This document shows, piece by piece, positions 58,300 to 64,000 of a stretch of 64,000 bases of DNA; the first letter of the stretch is position 1; the number at the start of each line of letters is the position of its first letter. The stretch lies in NCBI GenBank assembly GCA_963775685.1, contig CAVZJV010000014.1, positions 1,984,001 through 2,048,000 of the forward strand, written 5' to 3'. The notes under the pieces were generated by a model. That model did not search any database, had not been told where the DNA came from, and worked only from the letters and a program-made list of their open reading frames with translations. Made by a program: the position numbers and the translations under genes. This DNA comes from Candidatus Bathyarchaeota archaeon (lineage in GTDB: Archaea; Thermoproteota; Bathyarchaeia; Bathyarchaeales; Bathycorpusculaceae).

Positions 58300-58743
58300 G
58301 TGCCTGACTTGGTGGCTGATGAAGAGCTAAATTCAACGTTGTTTAACACGTACGTGTTTCTTGTTAAGACCGGAAAGCCTTTGGGTCCTCGGGATTTGAT
58401 GCGTGGAGTCAATCTCAGCAGCCCAAGTGTTGCCTATCGTAACTTGCAGAGGCTGATGGATTTGGGGTTAGTTGCCAAAGATGAATACGGCAACTATTTA
58501 GTCAAAAAAAGGGTCGGTATGAACGGATATGTTTGGGTTGGAAAAACGCTCATACCCCGCTTTGCCGTTTTCGGCTTCATTTTCGTCGGGGTCTTAATCG
58601 CTGAAATCGCCGTTTTGATTCCTCATTTGTTCGCGGGTTCCCCCATAGAAGAGTCATTCTGGCTATTAACGGTGGTTACGGTTGTTTCAGCTACGGTTTT
58701 TCTAGCCGAGGCAATACATTTTAGGAAGAAACTGCGACGTTAA
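58300..58743 (+). CDS. Membrane-anchored wHTH transcriptional regulator
   Basis: PLGPRDLMRGVNLSSPSVAYRNLQRL..LG..KDEYGNY plus two TM helices. Start uncertain (ORF open from 58240). Confidence 0.75.
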   Translation: MPDLVADEELNSTLFNTYVFLVKTGKPLGPRDLMRGVNLSSPSVAYRNLQRLMDLGLVAKDEYGNYLVKKRVGMNGYVWVGKTLIPRFAVFGFIFVGVLIAEIAVLIPHLFAGSPIEESFWLLTVVTVVSATVFLAEAIHFRKKLRR

Positions 58744-58755
58744 TTGAAAGGATCA

Positions 58756-59814
58756 TTAATGCCAATATTTGGGTTCAATGCACTCTTTATCAATTAGTGA
58801 TGGAAACAGATTTAGTGGCCAAGCAGGCGGTACCCTTGTTAGATGGGCTGTCGTAGATTCTACTCCTTTTATTTTTCTGATTTTGTCGTCAGCGTCGAAC
58901 ATCTGTTCAAAATCTTCAAGGAAAAGTCCACAGTATAGGTCATAGGCTCCAATCAGCCTTATTATGACTACCAAGTTGGGGATTTCCAATAGTTGAGAAT
59001 ATATTTCGTTGATCTTGCTTCGGTTGGACACTTTTATGTACAAATTTGCGAGAGCCTTGTACCCAAGCTTAGAGAGGTCGAGTGTTATGCTGGAAGAAGT
59101 AAACAAGTTATTTCTTAGTTTTTTGTATCTTTGAATTACGGTTTTGCTCGAAATATCCAGTTCTGTAGCTATTTTTTTGAATGGTGTACGCGCATTTTCT
59201 GCAAGAATCTTGGCGATTTTTTTGTCGATTTCGTCTAGTTTCACCGCTCCTTCTTGTTGATGGTTGACCGATGAAACTTTAACTTCCTGGTTTTTTCCAT
59301 CTGAAGGTTTTATGACCAAGTTTTGCGGGTATTCTACGTTAGCAGCCTTGGCCCAGATTAATGCATCTACATGTGTAATGTATTGGTTAGCTTCAAAATC
59401 TTCGATAATTTCATGCAACTTTTTGAGGTCTCGCAGAGCTACTTTACCAAAAAAGTTGTAGTTGCCCCATGGGCCGACTAATCCGGCAATATATGGCTTG
59501 GTTTCAAGGAACTCTGTTACTTCTTTTGTATCTTCAATGGCATTGGTTATGCACAGATCTACTATGTGTTGGTACCCTAAACAGTGAGGGTTGACGAGCA
59601 TCACTTCGCCATTGATTACACCCTCTTTCCATAGTCCTTTATAGCGCATTCTAACGGCTGTCACAGTAATTTCGCAAGCGGCGGCAATATCGGTGAAAGT
59701 GGTTCGGGATTCCAATAAAAGTAATTTTAGTATTTTTGCATCATTTTCGTCAATTTTTACTCGATTTGCCAAAGTTGTCTTGCCCATCCATAAAGCGTGG
59801 AATCTTAACATCAA
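58756..59814 (-). CDS. Tandem (double) Lrp/AsnC-family regulator
   Basis: Two HTH-RAM units: IDENDAKIL..L..ESR..F..IA and LDEIDKKIAKIL..NARTPF..IA, G.YDL. Confidence 0.85.
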   Translation of the reverse strand: MMLRFHALWMGKTTLANRVKIDENDAKILKLLLLESRTTFTDIAAACEITVTAVRMRYKGLWKEGVINGEVMLVNPHCLGYQHIVDLCITNAIEDTKEVTEFLETKPYIAGLVGPWGNYNFFGKVALRDLKKLHEIIEDFEANQYITHVDALIWAKAANVEYPQNLVIKPSDGKNQEVKVSSVNHQQEGAVKLDEIDKKIAKILAENARTPFKKIATELDISSKTVIQRYKKLRNNLFTSSSITLDLSKLGYKALANLYIKVSNRSKINEIYSQLLEIPNLVVIIRLIGAYDLYCGLFLEDFEQMFDADDKIRKIKGVESTTAHLTRVPPAWPLNLFPSLIDKECIEPKYWH

Positions 59815-60148
59815 AAACGTGGTGCTTTATATAAGATTTTTCAAATCTTGCATGGAAAATGGGCTTAGTGTTGTCTAAGCAGTTGAATCATTTGAAATTA
59901 TTTCTGATTTGTATCCATAACATGTTTTTAATATCGGTAATCATCGTCATGCTAATCATCATAGGCGTAATCCTTATGATGACCTTATGATGAAGGTCCG
60001 CAAACAATAAGCCAGATAAACACAATAAAGAAAATATTTCCCCATTCATTTTTAGTATTCGAGCTTCTCTGTAACTCTCTTCCAATAAGACCCTTGAAAA
60101 ACAATCGAGTTAGGAGCAAAGAGAAGGCTATATCTGAATTGGTTTTTG

Positions 60149-61534
60149 CTATTTCCTTCTAAGCTTCAGTTTAATATCGGCAAATAGGTTGGCTGCGAAA
60201 ATCAACGCGGTAGATACCTTGAACCTTCTTTTCTTATTCCAGAGAAATGCCCAGCGCAGATAATAATGATGGAATGCGCCTTCCCGCAGCTTGCCAAGAT
60301 CCTTCATGCTAAGCCAAGGCGTTTCAAATATGGGATGCGTGGTGTCGTACATGTCAAAGTCAGTCACTCTAAGCCATCCCTTCTCCTTGACCATATCGTA
60401 CATGGGAGTTCCCGGGAAAGGCGTTGCAACGTTGTAGAAGCCTACGTCGTCGGGAGCGATTTTTTCTACGAACTTGACGGTTTTCCAAGCACTCTTTTTG
60501 GTTTCGCCTGGGAAGCCCAAAATAACGTTCGGAACCGGTTTTAGGCCGAGTTCTCTGACCCACCCGAGTACCTTGATGGTTAATTCGGGGCTTATTCCTT
60601 TTTTCATTGCATCTAAAACTTGCTGTGTGCCCGATTCAACACCGAACCAAACAGTGATGCATCCCGCCTCCTTCATCTTTGCAAGCAGTTCCTTAGTTAT
60701 CATATCGACGCGTGTTCCACAGTTCCACTGAATCTTTAAACCTCGCTTTAGGATTTCACCGCAGAGTTCCTCAGTTCGAGGTTGATCAACCGTAAAAGCG
60801 TCGTCGCAGAAAGTAAACTTACTAATCCCATAAGTCTTGTGCAATACCTCTAATTCGTCAACAACGTTTTTTGGGCTACGCATGCGGTACTTTCGTCCAT
60901 GCATCCTGACTGTCGTGCAGAACTCACACCAGTACACACAGCCTCGGCTAGTTGTTAAGTACAAGACATCTTCGAGTTCGCGGAACTTCTCCATAGGCCA
61001 GAGGTGACGAGCTGGAAAAGGTAGCCTGTCTAGATCTTCAATGTAGGGCCTATCTGGGTTTTGCAGGATTTTACCATCTTTTCGGCATGTGGTGCCTAAT
61101 ACGTCGTGGTAGGGTCTTTCTGACTCTATCCTCTGCGCCAGCTCCAGCATCGTGTTTTCGCCTTCTCGGCGCACTATGATGTCTAATTCTGGGCATTCTT
61201 GGAGCGCTTGTTCATCCCAAAAAGTAACGTGGGGACCGCCAGCGATGGTTATGCAGTTTGGGCAAGTCTCTTTTGCAATCTTTACCAGTTTCATTGCAGA
61301 CTGGTATGTAAGTGTAGACGATGTAACCCCAACGATGTTTGGTTGACGCTTCGTAATCTCGTTCCTAAAATCCTCCGTTGAAAGCTTAAGCACTTGGCAA
61401 TCGACTACGTCCACTTTGTAGTTATTTTTCTCTAAGACCGCGGCTATATACCCTAAACCTAACAGTGCAAAGGGCATATGCATTGCGGCGCCAACAGGAG
61501 CGGATGGGTTAACCAAAGTTACATAGGGCTTCAT
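60149..61534 (-). CDS. Cobalamin-binding radical SAM protein #7 (subgroup A)
   Basis: LVNP, LGLGYIAA, GGPHVTFWD, TSRGCVYWCEFC, FGVESG, ATPFPGTPMY. Confidence 0.92.
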   Translation of the reverse strand: MKPYVTLVNPSAPVGAAMHMPFALLGLGYIAAVLEKNNYKVDVVDCQVLKLSTEDFRNEITKRQPNIVGVTSSTLTYQSAMKLVKIAKETCPNCITIAGGPHVTFWDEQALQECPELDIIVRREGENTMLELAQRIESERPYHDVLGTTCRKDGKILQNPDRPYIEDLDRLPFPARHLWPMEKFRELEDVLYLTTSRGCVYWCEFCTTVRMHGRKYRMRSPKNVVDELEVLHKTYGISKFTFCDDAFTVDQPRTEELCGEILKRGLKIQWNCGTRVDMITKELLAKMKEAGCITVWFGVESGTQQVLDAMKKGISPELTIKVLGWVRELGLKPVPNVILGFPGETKKSAWKTVKFVEKIAPDDVGFYNVATPFPGTPMYDMVKEKGWLRVTDFDMYDTTHPIFETPWLSMKDLGKLREGAFHHYYLRWAFLWNKKRRFKVSTALIFAANLFADIKLKLRRK

Positions 61535-61908
61535 TTCTAGTCACTATTTATTGTTCCAAAATAGGTGCTTGATGCATAAACATTTCGCATACAGCGTCAA
61601 AAAATGTGAAGATAGAAAAATACCAAATCTAAGACCTAAAATTGCTATAGTAGATATTTAAGCAGTTATTTGATTGAAGGATAACTCGGTATTTTTCAAC
61701 ATGTCAATTTTTTTTACCTGCTTTTTGGAAAAATATCACACGTTCTATTTTTGCACTGTTTTCCGTCACAAAATTTTTTTGGATTTCAAAAGAACGTTAA
61801 CTGGTCGTCACACATCCAATAGTTTTATAAAGAAACCAACTCATAGAACAAAGCTGGCAAGGGCCTTTTTTTAAAGAATGTTTTTGCCAAATTAAAGGAG
61901 AAAGAAAA

Positions 61909-64000
61909 ATGCAAAAAATAAAAAACAGAACTATGGCTATTTTGATTGTAGCAATTTTGACAGTTTCAATGACAACTTCAATATTATTAGCACCTAGTGC
62001 TAGCGCACATACGCCTGGATGGAATATTCCTACCTATGCATACATCGTTGCAGCACCTGACCCCGTAGGAGTCGGTCAAGAAGTACACATTTACATGTGG
62101 CTTGACCCCGTTTACGGAGTAGCAGGCGGATCTACTGCAGCCATTGGCACGAATGCTTCTACAGCTAGTGCAGCTTTGACAGCAAACTTTTACAGATTCA
62201 AAAACTACCAGCTCACAATCACAGCCCCTGACGGAACAACCACATCACAAACCTTTGCCACCATAACAGACACCACATCCTCACAATTTACCAGATTCGC
62301 TCCAGACCAAGTCGGCACATACACTTTCAACTTCACATACCCAGGACAAGTCTACGGCGAGAACGGCAACGGCTACGAAAACTCAATACTGATAGGCGAC
62401 TCTTACTTAGGTAGCACGGCATCTACAACTCTTACTGTTCAGCAAGATCCAATACCTGGGCCCTTAGGCAGCTCTCCGCTTCCAACACAGTACTGGACAC
62501 ACCCAATTTACGGCGAAGGCACAGACTGGTGGACAGTCTCCTCTGACTGGCTAGGTTCAGGATCACCCGTTCTAAGCGGCTATACCAGCAACAGGCTCTA
62601 CGTGCCCGACGGCATAGGACCTTTGACCTCTCACGTGATGTGGACACGTCCACTTCAGTTTGGAGGAGTTGTTGGAGGAAACGCATTTGTCGAGGGCGGC
62701 ACTAACCCCAACGGTGCAGTTCAAGGAGTCTCATACTTCGAAGGCAGCTCATACGAACCAAGATTCAGCAATCCAATAATAATCAGCGGCATTCTCTTCT
62801 ACACCGAAGTAATTTCCTTCACAGGTCCCAGCAGTGGACCAACCACGGCTGTTGATCTTCGTACAGGGCAAGTTCTTTGGTCTCGCACCGATGTGGCACC
62901 GCTTTCATTTGGCTATATCTACAATCTTTGGAATGGTGATCAACATGGAACTTTCCCGCCAATACTGTTCACATCCAACTTTGGCAGAGCTTATGATGCA
63001 TACACAGGCGAGCAGTTGTTTAACGTAACTGGTGTTCCTTCAGGCACCTCGGTGTCTGGTCCAACTGGTGAGCAGATACGTTATGTTATAAGAAACGCTG
63101 GCACAAACAATAATCCGCAATGGTATTTGTCTGAGTGGAACTCTAGCAAACTCTGGCAGTACGATGTCAACCCCTACACTGGCGGTGGAAGCTTTAACCC
63201 ATCCGTTATAAACGCAAGCAACCTGGTAATAATTTCAAATATTCCGGCTAATCCAAATACATCCGGCTCAGGCACGAGACCAACTTCAACCGGTGGAGTA
63301 TCTAACCCAGTTTATTATGGTGATACAATCGAAGTCAATGCAGACATTCCGATTAACATTACAACTATTGGAGGGCAACGCGGCGGAGTTGGTGTTGCCG
63401 GTCAAGGCATAACAACATACGACTGGAACTATTCACTACCCTGGCTAAACACAATGCCCCTAGCACCAACCTACAGCACAACAACAGGAGAAGTAACATT
63501 GCCACCTAAGGGATCAAATCCTGTATCGGTGATCGCAGCTAGCTATGGCGATGTGATGCTCTGCAGAAACGGCTCACTACCCGTTGGATATAAGGGAAAT
63601 AGCAATGGCGGCTTGCAGCTTCCTTACACGATGTTCACTGTTAACCTCAACGCCTCACGCGGAGCTGTCGGCTCGATACTTTGGATGAAAACATACGACC
63701 CCGTACAAGGCAACATCACCTACGCAAATGGCGCAGTCGATTTCCAGAACCGTGTCTTCTACTTTAACTATGAGGAAACACTCAATTGGGTAGCCTACAG
63801 TTTGGACAATGGCAACCTCCTATACACAACTCCGCGTCAAGCAGACTTTGACTACTACGGTGTGGGCAACACTATGCTAAGTGTTCCAGCTTACGGCAAC
63901 CTCTACACCAGCGGATTCTCAGGCACATGCTACGCATACAATATCGTAACAGGCCAACTGCAGTGGACATGGGGCAACGGCGGCGAAGGCAACAGCACAA
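61909..64000 (+). CDS. Large secreted PQQ-like beta-propeller surface protein, 3'-truncated by the window edge (absent from the ORF track)
   Basis: ATG 61909 after AAGGAG; MQKIKNRTMAILIVAILTVSMTTSILLAPSASA|HTPGWNIPTYAY..PDPVGVGQ, PLPTQYWTHPIYG, SHVMWTRP, WTWGNGG. The frame appears open to the end; paralogue of 37443..40028. Confidence 0.85.
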   Translation, partial: MQKIKNRTMAILIVAILTVSMTTSILLAPSASAHTPGWNIPTYAYIVAAPDPVGVGQEVHIYMWLDPVYGVAGGSTAAIGTNASTASAALTANFYRFKNYQLTITAPDGTTTSQTFATITDTTSSQFTRFAPDQVGTYTFNFTYPGQVYGENGNGYENSILIGDSYLGSTASTTLTVQQDPIPGPLGSSPLPTQYWTHPIYGEGTDWWTVSSDWLGSGSPVLSGYTSNRLYVPDGIGPLTSHVMWTRPLQFGGVVGGNAFVEGGTNPNGAVQGVSYFEGSSYEPRFSNPIIISGILFYTEVISFTGPSSGPTTAVDLRTGQVLWSRTDVAPLSFGYIYNLWNGDQHGTFPPILFTSNFGRAYDAYTGEQLFNVTGVPSGTSVSGPTGEQIRYVIRNAGTNNNPQWYLSEWNSSKLWQYDVNPYTGGGSFNPSVINASNLVIISNIPANPNTSGSGTRPTSTGGVSNPVYYGDTIEVNADIPINITTIGGQRGGVGVAGQGITTYDWNYSLPWLNTMPLAPTYSTTTGEVTLPPKGSNPVSVIAASYGDVMLCRNGSLPVGYKGNSNGGLQLPYTMFTVNLNASRGAVGSILWMKTYDPVQGNITYANGAVDFQNRVFYFNYEETLNWVAYSLDNGNLLYTTPRQADFDYYGVGNTMLSVPAYGNLYTSGFSGTCYAYNIVTGQLQWTWGNGGEGNST

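Noticed and set aside
59888-60085. 65-aa ORF between the Lrp gene and rSAM #7 as a precursor peptide
   Set aside because: AT-rich, no motif and no clear RBS; cannot be supported from sequence alone.
1-64000. CRISPR arrays, tRNA/rRNA genes, transposases/integrases; numerous antisense ORFs in the track
   Set aside because: No spaced repeats, cloverleafs or recombinase motifs were seen. The antisense ORFs overlap well-supported genes.

Overview
A 64-kb archaeal chromosome segment, most likely Bathyarchaeia. This is inferred from gene content: Hel308, GPN GTPase, TrmB/Lrp regulators, MtrH-like plus corrinoid protein, secreted PQQ-like beta-propellers with C-terminal TM anchors and membrane-anchored wHTH regulators. 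The first ~14 kb is mostly housekeeping: hel308, purB, asparagine-synthase-like, a bacterial-type metK, ridA, GPN GTPase, a decayed cinA and htpX. From ~14.9 kb to the end is an exceptionally dense radical-chemistry island with ten radical SAM genes: seven cobalamin-binding (class B-like), two SPASM-type and one HemN-like. Interleaved with them are three stand-alone PP-loop amide-forming ATPases (one glutaminase-less Asn-synthase-like, two Dph6-like), a nitrilase, an amidohydrolase and cobamide salvage genes (cbiZ, cbiB). The island also holds an MtrH-like methyltransferase with a corrinoid protein, an orphan rnfD-rnfC pair, a ferredoxin, two GT-C-like membrane proteins and three large surface beta-propeller proteins. 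I interpret this (inference) as a self-supplying multi-methylation/amidation tailoring system whose product is unknown. Three genes missed by the ORF track were read directly: a 52-aa highly basic protein, a 44-aa C2H2 zinc finger and a beta-propeller gene running off the right edge. Many genes carry single-base frameshifts that look like long-read consensus errors. No rRNA, tRNA, CRISPR array or transposase was recognised.
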